DNA of 64,000 bases from positions 2,666,001 through 2,730,000 of the forward strand of contig JBHGNT010000009.1 in NCBI GenBank assembly GCA_043228905.1, in the 5' to 3' direction. The notes beneath the pieces are model-generated. The model did not search any database. It was not told the DNA's origin and saw nothing but the letters and a program-made list of their open reading frames with translations. Every line of letters begins with the position of its first letter. Within the stretch, counting starts at the first letter, position 1. This document shows positions 12,851 to 26,827 of the stretch, in pieces. The DNA comes from Azolla caroliniana. Taxonomy: Eukaryota > Plantae > Polypodiophyta. Both the position numbers and the translations under genes were made by a program.

Positions 12851-13783
12851 TACTTGAGTTGAGTCATTGTCGACTCCTAAAAGTAACCAAAGGGATTAAA
12901 TAAGCAAAATAGGGGATAATTATATAATGATAAGTAAAATATCAACAATCAATCAAAGATAACCAACACTATACAAGAAAGGGGTTTAGTTATATACACA
13001 GAATTTTATTTGTAATTGACATAGAAATTTGAACCAAATCTATCATGATGGGATGGATTGTCCGCAGGATATCGCAACCATTTATTCCAAGGGTGGATAC
13101 ACATGCCAAAGGTGTGCTTGTTCATATGCAAGGTGTATGGATGGTTGAGCTTAGTATCTCAATATGCCATATGGATGGATTTCTTTTCATGCTTCAACCA
13201 ATGCTTTTGGACTTCTCCAAAGATGGAGAAAAAGGATTTTGTGTTCAAGCAATTGTTGGAACAAGGAAAGCATGTAACATGTGAAAGATGCATACTTCCA
13301 AAGCCAATGTGGTAATGGAAGATGAAATCTAAATGTTTGGATCCATCTCAAGATGGTGAGCTAGGCATGGAGATCATGTGGACACCCTCCACAAGAATGC
13401 GAATATGTTCCTACAAAAAGGAAGGGAGTGCCCATGTCCCCCAAGTTAACAGAAAATTTTGGACACTTGCTTTAGGTACGACTCTAATTGTGGCACAACA
13501 CTACTACACTATTATGATGAAGATAATGTCAATCTTTAAATTAGAATGTGTAGTGATGAGGACATGGGGGCTCTCGAGCCAATTGAGCATTTGACCACTC
13601 TTCCCGACTCCACCACATACACACTAATTACCAAATGATCATTGATGGATAATATATTCACGAAATGATGAGTGAGCACTTGATTTGGACAGATACTACA
13701 CTTTTGAGTATAGATTCTGAGACATTGCTCGTTCAAATTGCAATTCTCTCCAATGAGCAATATCCAATCATAATAATGGCATT

Positions 13784-13968
13784 CAAGCAAGTCAAACTTT
13801 GTGATAAGTCATTGAGGCATATATATGGACTAACTTGTCCTTGGCAATTCCAAGCAAGTCAAACTTTGTGATAAGTCATTGAGGCATATATATGGACTAA
13901 CTTGTCCTTGGCAATTCCAAGCAAGTCAAACTTTGTGGTAAGTCATTGAGGCATATATATAGCCTAAC
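13784..13968. repeat. tandem repeat, ~67-bp unit x ~2.8
   Basis: CAAGCAAGTCAAACTTTGTG at 13784, 13851, 13918. Confidence 0.9.
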
Positions 13969-14469
13969 ACTGCCAAGACAAATAACATAAAAGTCAAATA
14001 AGATTCAAATATTTTGGTGTCCATGTTTTGTAAGTTATATGTTAAATTTTTGCTTCTAGATACAATTGTATGATGGCGAATCATACATCATAATATAATT
14101 GAATCACAAGCATATCATGAGCAAACTTCTTGGCATCAAATAATTGTCAAAGTAAAGCATGGCAAACAACAAACAATTTTTGATGTGTTCAAGTTTTCTT
14201 TATTTATTAGCTCTTTTCATTGCAATTTGCTTACCCACGGTAGTGTTACTTGAAGCTAATTAATTAAAGAGCATGAGTGTGTGTACATATCTTCAAGAAG
14301 TTGATTTCGCAACAAGATTATCGTTAAAAGAAACACAAATGGGACTTAATACAATCACAAGATGGAGCTGTTCAATAAATCTGATTCATTGGTTTAGTGA
14401 ATCACTAAGATGTATGTATGTTGGTTTAGAAATGCTTCTTTATCCCAAGACTCGTTCCTTGATTGCTGG

Positions 14470-17400
14470 TTAAAGTGCAGCAAATTTCACATATTTCGAA
14501 AATTCTTCAGGAACATATGACTCCACCTTAAACTTTGGGTTAGTTGCCCCTTTCTTGGGGTCACAAGGAGAATTTGAAGTGTATTTGATCCCTATCACTG
14601 TCACTAGACCTGCATCAGTTTTTTAAGTTGAGTTAACACACATATATAACTAGGGCATCAATCATAATATAGCTCTCATTATATCATATAGAATCACACA
14701 TTATAAAATATGAATATATGATATTATATGCTTCTCAGAGCCACATAAAATGCTTTGACCTTTCGACTATGTGTCTAATGTGTACTAAACCAAAGGTCAG
14801 ATTATGAATTTATGTGCATGATACAAAGAACTCATTAAAATGCTTCTTGATTTTTTCTGTCATTTATCTAGATATAAATGCCACAACAAAGTGTGCTCCC
14901 TAATATAGTTGAGATTGTGGTGGTTTTTTTGTATTCATCGGCTCTCCAATGGAGCTCCTAATGGTTTCTTTTCCATTTTTGCAGAATATAGGTTTTGTAT
15001 ACATGCCTTCGAGTTTTCGAAATGAATGTCCCAAAATCAAACTATCAAAGATACATACATAACATGCCAACCTAAGAATGTTGTATATCTGTCCATAAGG
15101 GATGGAATTGTTGGATTTCAGTGATAATGCTCTTTGGAAACTAGTCCAAAAACAAGCTTTTCAAAGTTAAGATGTAGCACTTGGATGCAACTAGATATCT
15201 GTGACAAGTCCAGGTTGAAAGACAGAAAAGTGATATGGCGAGTTTGTATATATAGCATGGTATATAATACACATGCTCTTTACAAAACATAACTAAACAA
15301 ATGAATAAAAAAGGGACACAAGAAAAATACATACTCTTGTGAACACGGCCGAGCAGAAACCGTTCACCTTTCCACCACTCAAGAGGCTTTGAACGAATCC
15401 TTGTGCTTCGCCTCACTCCCACATCCCACTGTGTACCAGCAGCTGCCATTGAGAAGACATTACCAAAAACAACACACGAGATAGTTAAGTTTGAACAGGA
15501 ATTTGAATCAATAGATAGATCAATCCATGAAATAGATCACATTGATACATACATCATACATAGATACATACATAAACAAATAGATAGATAGATGTTTGCA
15601 AATGAATCAAAATAAATGAACCTGCTAAGCTGTTCCTGCGGGGATCTGCAATCCTTCTTTTTCTATTTGCAGCACCAGTCTTTTTGTTCTCATTTTTCTT
15701 GACAGGCCCAGCAAAAGATGATGTTGGACTTTGTAGGGTTTGCTTTAAAGGCAATGTCGTTGCAGAGAATTCAGTGCTTGGTCTCTGTTAATTCAGAAAA
15801 TAAATAGTAATCATTCAGTTTTTGTTTTACTCAAGAAGAAATATCAAAGAAGTATAAAGAACAATTACTCATGCGAAGAATGGCCAAAAATATGTAAAGA
15901 ATGACTAAATAGGTGTAGATAATAACAAAAAAGTTGAAAGAACAACCAAAAAGGTATGAAATATGCATGCTAGTCTTTGAACAATAATGATGACTCTGTT
16001 TGTTCAGAGAGGATTGATCCAAAAATTATAAAGAATGAAAAAAAAAGTTTAAACAATGATCAAAATTTGATCAAGAATGATAAAGGAAGGTTTATAATTT
16101 AATTTCACTGTGTTAATTAAACTCCACATAAAACCCTGAAATCACCTCCTCTATGATGTTCTCCATGGTTGTAGAAGACGCCAGAACATTCTCTGTTTTT
16201 CTTATGTTTGTACTGATTGGAAGCTCAGGCTCTAGATCCGAAGAATCCATGGCATCAACATTATCTATCGGCTCTAAATAAGAAGAACCTGGATCTAATG
16301 GCATTTGTGGCTTTTCCCAGTCTGAGGTATCCAAATCTAATAGTAGCTGGCACTCTTTCAAATTGGAAGAATGCATCTGGTCTGCAAAATTGAGCCTCCG
16401 TTTGTTATCCTCCTCTCTAAAACAAATACCTGCAAGTGGATTTGGTGGCGGAGTTGGAGATGTATAAGGAGTCGGATTCAGCTGCACTTTCTTTCTCATT
16501 ACAAAAGGCGTTACTAATATCACATCAAGTTCACTTGCAACCTCAGCAACATTTCGAGGTATTTTACCCTCCGATGCAAAAGCAGAGCTATTCTCAAGTA
16601 CTTGATCTCGTAAAGCAATCTCAGATACTTGACATGTATCTTTACAATCCATGGCTTTTCTGTTATTGTCAATATCATCTTTCCAGTCCATATGAGGTGA
16701 TGATATGGTTACAGACGGTAGGTCCAGATGAAGACAAGACGAAGATATGGTACTAGAAAATATATCAACATCATTTATTGAGTTGCTTTTTGCTTTGTCC
16801 AGACATGCCATTGTCTCAAATTCCACATCTGATTGAATTGAATCCACTATCTGGGAGATGGGAATATGGTCTTCACTCAATTGGGTATTTGCTGAAGATG
16901 TAAAACATGAATCCTCAATATTATCTCGTTGCTCTTCCTCCTCAATTGTTTGCTCTACACACGAAGAAAGCTCCACTGAAAAACCCCTTAATCTCGAAGT
17001 TTTCCTGTGAACAAGACAGATATTTGAAGCATTGCATGGGCATGATCTAGACATCATTTTGCATTTCAAAATAACTACCTTTGACTGTTCTTGCGTCTTT
17101 CCCCAAGCTTTCGTGAACTCGACTCAGACGAAATTTCAGTGCCCCTCTTTAGTTTATTGATAATTGCTTCAGCAGCTACAGATTGTAAAGAAACGATATA
17201 TAAACAATACTTTAAATCTAAAAAGTACATAAATGCATTAAGTCTGCATATAGTTTATGTTATATTCAATGTAAAAAATATAACGATACAATACTTTATA
17301 CACGAGATGTAGAGAAATATTTGAAATATGCATAGTATGCAAATTCCTAAACAAGCATAAATGCACATTAAAAGTCCAAACATAATCAGGACACAGTGAA

Positions 17401-20308
17401 ATGATGAGATATATATGAAGAAGATAAGTACCATCCCGTTCCTCAGCGGCTTCCCAAAATGCATGAACATCTTTTATTTTCTGGCATTCTCCTGAACCAC
17501 TTGTATCCAAATTTCTGTAAAAAATTGCAAGTGTAAACTTCACAGTTGTATTGCTGAAATAAATGGCATGAATTGTTTTCGATACAAACTGAATAGATCA
17601 ATGCGGCAAATTAGCAAGATGTTAAAAGGTGTTGAACTATACGTATGTTTAATATTGATCAAACTAATGAGCCTACCTCTGGCCTAAAATCTATGCATTA
17701 ATACAACTATCATCCACAATGGATAAGGACTTGCCATGGTGCTCTTGCTTGACTACTATGACTGATTTTTTAGAACTACTTTTCGTAATTAGCTTAATAA
17801 ACATTATTAATTAAATAGAACAAATACAATCTAATTTCCATCATCCACAAGTGGAAAAGGACTTGCCGTGGTGCTCTTGCTTGACTGCTATGACTAATTT
17901 GTTAGGACTACTTTACGGAAATAGCTTAATAAACATTTAGTAATTAAATAGAACAAATACAACTTAATCTCCACCATCCACAAGTGGACAAGGACTTGCC
18001 ATGGTGCTCTTGCTTGAATGCTAAGACTAATTATTTACAACTACTTTACGTAGTTATCTTAATAACCAATATTGATTAAAAAGAGTAAATACAACTTAAT
18101 CTCCATCATCCACAAGTGGACAAGGACTTACCATGGTGCTCTTGCTTGACTGCTATAACTAATTCGTTAGAACTACTCTACGTAATTAGCTTAATAAACA
18201 TTGTTAAATAAAAATAACAATACAACTTAATCTCCACTGAACTATATATCTTCAGGATGAGACTCTTGAGCTGGCGAAAGGTATTTTCATACAATTTGGA
18301 TGGCTGTTAAGGGTAATTTTCATGGTTTTAAGGATATGATTACCTCAGCTCATTATACTAGGACTTGGGAAATACCCATAAAGACTTGAGATACATGCGG
18401 ACAGATGGCAAGCTTTCATCTATGTAAATGTGACTAGCTACCACCTTCCACATGGCAAATCTATCAAATTTAAGATCCGTTAATTGGTTACTAACTTCCA
18501 AGGTAAAACATCAGGCAAACCTCACTCAGGGGATATTCATAACCCTTACTAATGTAGATCTAAATATCACTAATGACCGAAATGAGGTGCATCCAGTTAT
18601 ATGTGTGGATATGCAATGATTATTTTGATCAGCTAGAAACAAAAATGTAAATTCATTGAACATCCCTAAACTTTTCAATACATTCCCCATTTATCCTTAG
18701 CATTTCTAAATTCCTCAAGATGCCTTTATTTCGAATGTTTCAGTGTTAGATAAGGAATTAAAACAGAAAAGGAATATACTCTACTGGAGATCGACCATGA
18801 TCAATAGTTCCCAATGAGAAGTAGTAATCATCCACTTGCATCCTTAACCATCCCAACTTTATCAACCCATAATACAGCAAATTTTGGATCTGGTTCTTTT
18901 AAAATTCAGATGTCTGGTTTCTTATAAAACTAGCGATGCTGAATATTTTTAGTAATCAGGTTAATAACAGTCAATTAATCAGTGCCTCACACCTCTCTCT
19001 TTATAATTAATAATAAGGCTTTCGCCTTTGATTCTATGCTAATCCTTGCTAATCATCCAAAGCTACTTGTAAATTTGATTTAAACATTAGACAGTAACTA
19101 AAGAGGCTCTGTAGAAGTGGTGCAATTTTGGGAATATTCATAAACTTAAGGCAAATTAGAGTGACATTTTGATAGTTTTCTTAATATAAAGTTCAGGATT
19201 GGAGTGTGTATTCGGTGCATCTATTTCACCTGTTAGAAAGGGAATTAACATAATAGGAGAAAATAGCACTATACTTGAGATCAACCACAAATGGTTTGCG
19301 ACGAGATGTCATTCGAGAGCTTCTTTCCCGACGAGATAACCTGTTCCGGTGTAAAACTTCACTAGAAGGAACGTTCTCCTTCCCATTGAAATAAATTGAT
19401 GATGTGAGACTTTCCTTTCTCAGAAGAGATTCTTTAACCCTTTCTATGTTGCTATCAGATATCGTCTGAGGTATCAGCACTGATGATTTTTTTATACTCG
19501 AATTCAGATTGCTGGACCCGTTTCCACCATCACCAGAATTACCTTCTTCCCTCTCTTTCTGTAAATGGATTTCAGAAAAATCATATAAACCATTTAGATA
19601 AAAAAATCAAGCACATGCACATCCAAACATAATAGAAAAATAAAGCTTTGCTAAAGAAAGAATTGCGAAATCAAAATAAATTCGGAGATGGTATTAAAGC
19701 GGGCACTAGACACACGAACATAGCGAAAAATGAAAACAAAATAATGGCACGCACAGATAGTGTGTAGAAAGGTACATGGGTAAGGAGAACAGTAAGCCTA
19801 GAAAAAAACGGCGGATTTAAATCGTTCATAGAGAGAAAACATACATAGAATGAGAAAGATTAAAAGATTAAAAGACAAAATTCAAATCAGACAAATAAAA
19901 AAATCCTAGAACATACGGATGTCGTGAAACCCTAAGGGAGTCAAGCAGACAGTCAAGATACAAAAATATTGACATAAACCAGCAGCCATTAAAATCACGG
20001 AGTTGTGCAAAAACCTAACAAAGACGGAGTGACAAAAACAACCACGAAACCACGAGGTTGAAACAAAGACTGAGAAAGAAACCTACAAATTGCAGAATTT
20101 ACGAAACCTTGACGCACACAAGCACATGAAAGAGAGAAATTATGAAGAGGGAGAAGGAGAGGGAGAATGCCTCGAGTGCTAGAAGGCGATGGATATCGCG
20201 CAGTTCACGCTCAGAGAGAGTGTTCTCCTCGGGGGAAATCTGGAGCTGACTGAAGAGGTTAGGCATGAGGGAAGCGAAGACAGCTCGGTAATCTTTGGGT
20301 TCCGCCAT
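14470..20308 (-). CDS. CENPC: centromere protein C (CENP-C), ~623 aa
   Basis: Exons 20308-20171 (GC donor; or to 20108 with a GT donor), 19558-19275, 17514-17432, 17175-17079, 17004-16146, 15784-15622, 15442-15335, 14609-14470, all phase-compatible. C-terminus [49 protein letters not shown]...[19 protein letters not shown] is the CENP-C motif plus the plant-type tail. Confidence 0.9.
17711..18236. repeat. intronic tandem repeat, ~132-bp unit x4
   Basis: CATCCACAA(G)TGGA..AAGGACTT(G/A)CC at 17711, 17842, 17974, 18106. Confidence 0.92.
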
Positions 20309-20619
20309 GGCCACATGAATCGAAGAGGAAAAGGAAGGAGATCGGGGCAGGCGATGGAGGCAGGCGATGGAGAGGCAGGCGTTACCGTTTGACTGTTAGG
20401 GGGCCTGGACAGAGAGAGAGTTCAAAATCTGAGTAGCAGAAGAAGGGCCATATGGAGGGTGTCCATTTTGTTTTTGTCCGTCTATATTTATATGTATGTA
20501 CATACATATGTATATATGTTGGTGTGTTAGTTTTGTTTTCAACATATCGTGGTCCAAAGCAGTGGAGCCAAATGGACTCTTCCTTTTTCCTCTCTCGCTC
20601 GCATCCCCCGGCAAACACC

Positions 20620-23600
20620 AAACACCGACATTGGTCGCTTCTGGTGACCGCTTAGTTTATACCTCCTTTACGCCTCGATGCCCAATGGCCGCAGCCAGTT
20701 TAATGGGCTCTCGCCCGCTTGGTCCCCCATTAAGAATTGGGTTGCATTTGGGGTGGGACTGCGGCGGGCGCCTAGCATGGCCAAGCGTCCTCCTGCCCCT
20801 TTTCTTTGCTTCTTTCAAACAAAGTTTACCTTGTTCCACGTGCTGTAGGAGAGAATCCATGCTTCTCATCTGTTGCAAAACATGTGCGGCCTTTGCTTGA
20901 GAGGCGTGGAGGACACCAAGGGTGAAATAGATTTTGTTGCCTGGATTGTTAAGCCATTGTTTTTTACACCTCTGACTTTCAAAACGAAATCTATGTTGCC
21001 AACATAAATTGGTGGGGACGGTTTCTCATGGTCTACATTTTTTCACATTTTCATGTTAAGTTAATATAATAGACCTACTTGGTGAACGCATATAATGTCC
21101 AGAGGCAAGGGGAAAAGCAAGGGTGAATACATCTTGTTGCTTGAATTGTTCAGAGTTCATTGTTTAACACCTCAACATTCAAACAAAAATCCATGCTACC
21201 AACATAAATTGGTTTGGGTGTCTTCTCGTAGTCCAGATTTATTCATGCTTGCCATTGAGAGGAAATCCATGCAAATGTGGATGCGATGGGCAACTTTTTT
21301 CTTCAAAACAATTTATCCTTCCATTAGTTATAAAGAAAGGTCATAACGGTTACATCATACAATGTATTTTTTCCCCAGCCCGTCTTGTGTAGACAACGGT
21401 TGAGGAAACAAATCTATGTACTCCAACATAGAGAAAACTGTCCAGCAATTACAATATATTCCCTAGATACATTGCAAGGTATCCATATCCATAGGCAACA
21501 ACGAAAGTAACTCTATTCGGAAAGAGATGGGCAACTTCTTGTTGCCATTAAAGTTGGACACAAGTAAAGACCTACTTGATTAATGCATTTCATGCAATAT
21601 ATTACTTCCCTTGTGAGGATCTCTATAATTCTATAAAGCGATGCATTTAAATGTGATTTAGTTTGTGATGTCTTGTTTAATTTATGCACCAAAAGTTTTT
21701 TGAAAAAAAGTTCAAACCCCACACCCAATCGATAAAGTTATCGTTTGTTAAATTATGTTTGGTGCACAGGCTCCATTCAAATGTTTTATAATGTATTTTT
21801 CAGAATACCCTTAAATATTTACTATAAACCCATTAGTTATTTTTATATTTGAAAGTACAACTTCATTCAAGCACAAAAACATCCATTTTTGAGAGAAACC
21901 ACCGAAAACATGAAGTACAAAAGCATTCTACTAGAAATATCGCAAAAAACTATTTGAAATCTTCAGAATGGAATGGATTTACATAGCCTAAACATGAAAG
22001 ATTAAATCTATTTTACCATATGCATACAACAAGAGTAGCATGAATAAAAGAAGTTGTCCCCCAATGAATATTGTTGCATCCATGCATCATACAAACATGA
22101 TACTTTTACAAACAATAGATTTGATGATGTTCCATACAAAGCAGATCCATTGACAAAACAAAAAATGCATGGCATTATCATCGATGATGAACGAAAGAAT
22201 TAGCAAATCATTTGTAACAAATATGAGCTACAACACACACTTCCAATGCAATCAGTAAACATTTATAATGATAACTAATACCAACACAAAACAAGTATCA
22301 CATTGAACTTTTTAGATATTAGTATCGTTAGGAATTGCAAATTTGGATGAGTCTAAAAAGCACGAGGACCCTCATAAAGTTCTCAACCTTGAGGGGGAGT
22401 GGAATCTTGTGCATGGATTGCTTAGTCGAAGAATAGAACACCTTCCTTGTGTCATTCAAGCTACAAAAAAAACAGATCCTGAATCTAAGGATTTGGTACA
22501 AGTCCCTTTCGACCCTGTGATAAGGAATCAAACCAAGATTATGATTTTAATTTTATGAGTTGTTAGTTGGAAAAGTACCTACATATTTGCATCATCATAC
22601 ATGATCATCAATCAAATTATTATTATTTTTTGCATTTTGTATCATAATCACACGATTTAGTATCCATCAAAAGTATAATTTCATTGTTTAACCTAAGTCA
22701 AATTATGTGTAGTTAAAACACTTTGGACATGAACACGAATTTGAATTACTAAATAAATACTCGCAATCCTCATTAATTACTATTTAAAAAATAAATGTTA
22801 TAGTTTCGTCTAAGAATTGATTAGAGTTTCTATGCAGATGGGCAATTAGAAGGTAAAAAAACTTCAATAACTCGTTCGATGGAAAATATTGTTAGATATT
22901 CCCTTGTTAAAGCCTAGGATATTCTTTCCATGGGTGGAGTATGAAGGCGAAGGCATATGTCAATTACCATAACTAGTGTCTTTACAACCACTAGCTTGTC
23001 TCTAATCCATAGATGAAACTATTACAAAAAGTTGATTATCTTCTTTTTCCCGTTGAACGATAACTTGCATCACAATTGGTTTCATTACAAGAGTGGTAGG
23101 TGGTGTTGTTGGAACTCTTATGTGTTGTCGTTTGTCCTATCATAACTTAAATTGGAGTTCTTCATGCTTCAGTAACACAATTATGCACAACTTTGACATC
23201 GAAGCTTTGATTGGTGGTGGAGCAAAACACTAGTAAACATTGTGTCAAAACTTTCATTGTTTAGCCAATTTGAATTCTCTTTCTTGGAACAACCCCAAAG
23301 TTAGCGTCATTGGTCGAGTACTTCCTATTCATGCAAATTGTAGATGTGAAATTGATTTTCGTAACTTTGATGTATTTTCTTGTGTAAATAACTTCATTCA
23401 CAAAGTCCACTATTTGTCGTCTGATCCTCTAAAGGGTTGTTCCGATAAGTAATTGTAAGCTAATTGGTTGATTGAACGCATGACCATTAAGGTTAGATAA
23501 TATACCCATTAAATTTCAAATGTATGGTTTATCACTGCCCTTTTTTGTGGTTGGATTGAACCATCTACTATGCATAGTTTTACATCACTTTAGAACATCT

Positions 23601-24700
23601 TCGTGTTCCCCACTTCTTCCAAGAATTGTAATTTTTCATACTAGCTCTTGATCAATATCAAGAATGGGGCTATTCCTAAATATTGATTATGCTTGGATGT
23701 CTTGTGCCAAGTGAACTTCTTTACGAAAATGAGCATGCCTAGTTTAAAAGTTTGTTCCAAACTATGCTCATAATTTCTTTATCTTCCCTCTTACTTCAAG
23801 CATGTTGCAAGACATTGTGGCATAGGGTCTTTCTGTCCAAGTGCGGGTAGTTTGCATCTTCACAGACATGTCTATTTCACCGAGTCTTTCTCCGAGATGC
23901 TTCTTCATGTCCAATAATGGATCCTATCTCATAGTCTTCCTCACTTGACATCAAGTCAAGTACCTACATGGTTTTATCCGAGGTTTGAGTAAAACCGACT
24001 TATTTTGCTCATGTTTGTGCATAATCGATACACATAGTCCATGTTCTTGTTTGTTTATGTATGTGCAATATGTTGGCCTGGGGTGACCACTTACCTTTGA
24101 TTGGACAATAGACAATTAACTTGAGTTGTTTTCCACTTTGTTTCCAATAACTCTGAGATTATATTGCCCTTGCCATGTCCTTGAATCATGGTGTCTCTAA
24201 ATTCAAGTTTGAAGGTCTTGAGCCGAGTGGTCCATTATGACGGAGATTTTGTTTGGCCATAACATTGTGTAATTGTGTTATAGTTGTGGTATTTGTGCTT
24301 TATAAGGCTCAACATATGAGGGCTTCTTTTAAAAATTTCATGTTGGGTTATCATGGTTGTCCTCCTTGCATGTGGTGCTTTATCCTATTGATCACAATGG
24401 AGTGTGTACATTAGGCACTTATTCCCTTCTATTGTGAAGTGAAACAAAACCTCGATATATTGTCTTTACTCGTATTCATCCTAAATTTCATATGTCAAGT
24501 AGGACCATCCTCCCCGTGACTTGGGGTTCGACCTTATGGTCAATCATATGATTTCTCAATGAACCTTGCTCCAATAATTGGCAATGGAGGTTGCTTTTTC
24601 TGTATAGTAGGATAAAATGGTCTATGATCTCTACAAGGTTACTGAATGTATTTGTCAAAAGGGGCTTAGCCAAAACACTTAATCAAAACCTTCCTACCAT
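20620..24700. mobile_element. heavily decayed, unclassified TE-like DNA
   Basis: Short broken ORFs and a ~200-bp-period duplication (20920 vs 21120); no diagnostic motif recognised. Confidence 0.25.
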
Positions 24701-24893
24701 TATTTAGATGATTAGGACAAAAGTGTTACTCCACTTGCAATGTCAACGCCTACATCGATCTAGGTACAAATTGGTGGTATTGACATGTTGGGTGCTAAAT
24801 ATTTTCTAAAACTAAATAGCTTAAGAATGTTTGACTTTCCTAGGTGGTATCGTAGGTGTGGATGCTCATGAAAATGATCTTATAAGGTTTGTA

Positions 24894-25610
24894 TGTTGGC
24901 TAGGCAGGAGGACCGAAGGTGTGAAAAGGGACAGGATACCAAGCACAGGAAAAGTGGAACCAACCAATAGATGAATATGGTGCCAAACTACCTAATGATA
25001 GAAACGATTGTAACGTGCCATGCTTGCTAGAGATAGGATGGAGACCTATATAAATACCGAGTGATCAAGACATTAGGGGGGCGGAAAGGGTATTATATGG
25101 AAGGCAATAACTATATCGAGAGGTAAGAACCTTAGGGGAGAGCGAGTGTTTTATCGACACTCAATCGATACTTGTAACGATGTGTATTCTTAATATATCA
25201 ATCTTTCTTGTGGGGTGTAATCTTGTGTGTCTAATGTGTGCTCCAAAGCATATCGTCTATGTGTAATCGTGAGCTTGTAATAGGTTGTAGCCAATTCGAC
25301 GGGATACTTATTACTGTGTTCCTTACGAAGTTCTAAGAGTTGTTTGTATCCCTGAGCGTCGTGCGGATCAGATGAGCTTGGGTATCCATAAAGAGAGTTA
25401 TACAGGGACCCTTGGGGTAGAGTTACCTCCCTAGCTCTCGCATTCGGCTAAGTACGCAGTCAACGGGACAACCCGAAGTCCCTTCCTCCTTCTTACCATA
25501 ATACCTTGATCCGGTTACTCGGAAGTAGTAACCGAGAGTGTGTTCCTCCGGAGAAAGGAAGGTAACATTGTAATTGCAATTGTTAGCATTTCAAGTACTC
25601 GCGCAAACCA
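24894..25610 (+). mobile_element. LTR-like fragment
   Basis: Starts TGTTGG; CTATATAAATA at ~25045; GC shift relative to the flanks; end and TSD uncertain. Confidence 0.35.
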
Positions 25611-26436
25611 TAAGAATATCCTACCTTTTTGTGCTATTAAAAATTGATATAATGTTTGCTCATCTAACCCCTTTATGAATTGGGTTAGGAGTTCATCATT
25701 AGACCTTTTGTCTCTTCATTCATACTAGTGGTGTAGGCTCTATGTCTAACATAGTCTCATTTTATCTCAATTACTTATTGTTTTAATGATAATAGTTGTT
25801 TGTTTGGGTTCCACTTAATATCTCTTTATGCAAAGTTAGTGAGGATTTATTCTTTTGTATGGTCATAGTTCACTACAGTGTATTCAAGATGATTTGTCTA
25901 TCATTGAATGGAGCCACCAAGATGAATTGTCTATCAATCACTATTAAATAAAATCAAGGAGATCCTCGTGGTGAATTGAATGAACCATTCATGTTGACTT
26001 TGAACGAGCCACCATCAAACCAAACAATCTAGATCACTCATTCACTAACAATCATTATTGACAAGCATCAAAGTCAATAACCAAAATAACACATTGAACA
26101 TTTAGTAGACTTGAAGATAAGTCGAAGTATTCACATGCAAAGGTTGGTTGTGATCATGTCAAAAAACATAAATCAATAGTCAATTCACAACCACGATCGA
26201 ACAACAAAGCTCACTCGTCCGATGTCCACATTGGAATTGAATGATCAAGATCACTCATCCATGACCAACCACAAGTTGATTGAACGTTCGAGATGACTTA
26301 ATAATGGAACACAATCGAGACAATAATAACATTGATCAACACAAGATCAAAGGAGGAGGACCAACATCTCAATGATCAAGCATCGAATGGGTGAGATCAG
26401 TCATGCATGCGTCGATCGAGTGAGCAGGATTGCAAC

Positions 26437-26827
26437 TGTTGAGAATCAAGCTCAACTTGGTCTAGTGTGTGAACTCACCTTGAGAGTGAAGAGACACTCC
26501 AATGGTCAAGAGTCACCATTATGTCACCACTTTGTATTCTAGCATTTAGTATGAGTCATAGAATCATATTCTATGACACATAACTTATGAGCTTTCACAG
26601 TCCCCATGCTCCATGAGTCTTGTAGTTAATAAAGAGAGAGGGTGACTATATAAAGCACCCTCCTCCCACCTTGTATAATGTTGAGTCTTTCTCATTTGTT
26701 AATATACTTTACCTTGCGTATTCTCTGTGTCTTACTCCTTGTCTCTCTCACACACACACACTCTCTCTCATACACACACAGTTCGTATCTATTCCATTGC
26801 ATAGAATCCATCTCTTAATTCTTTACA
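26437..26827 (+). repeat. Copia 5' LTR
   Basis: About 10 substitutions plus a few indels relative to the 3' LTR (by eye). Confidence 0.95.
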
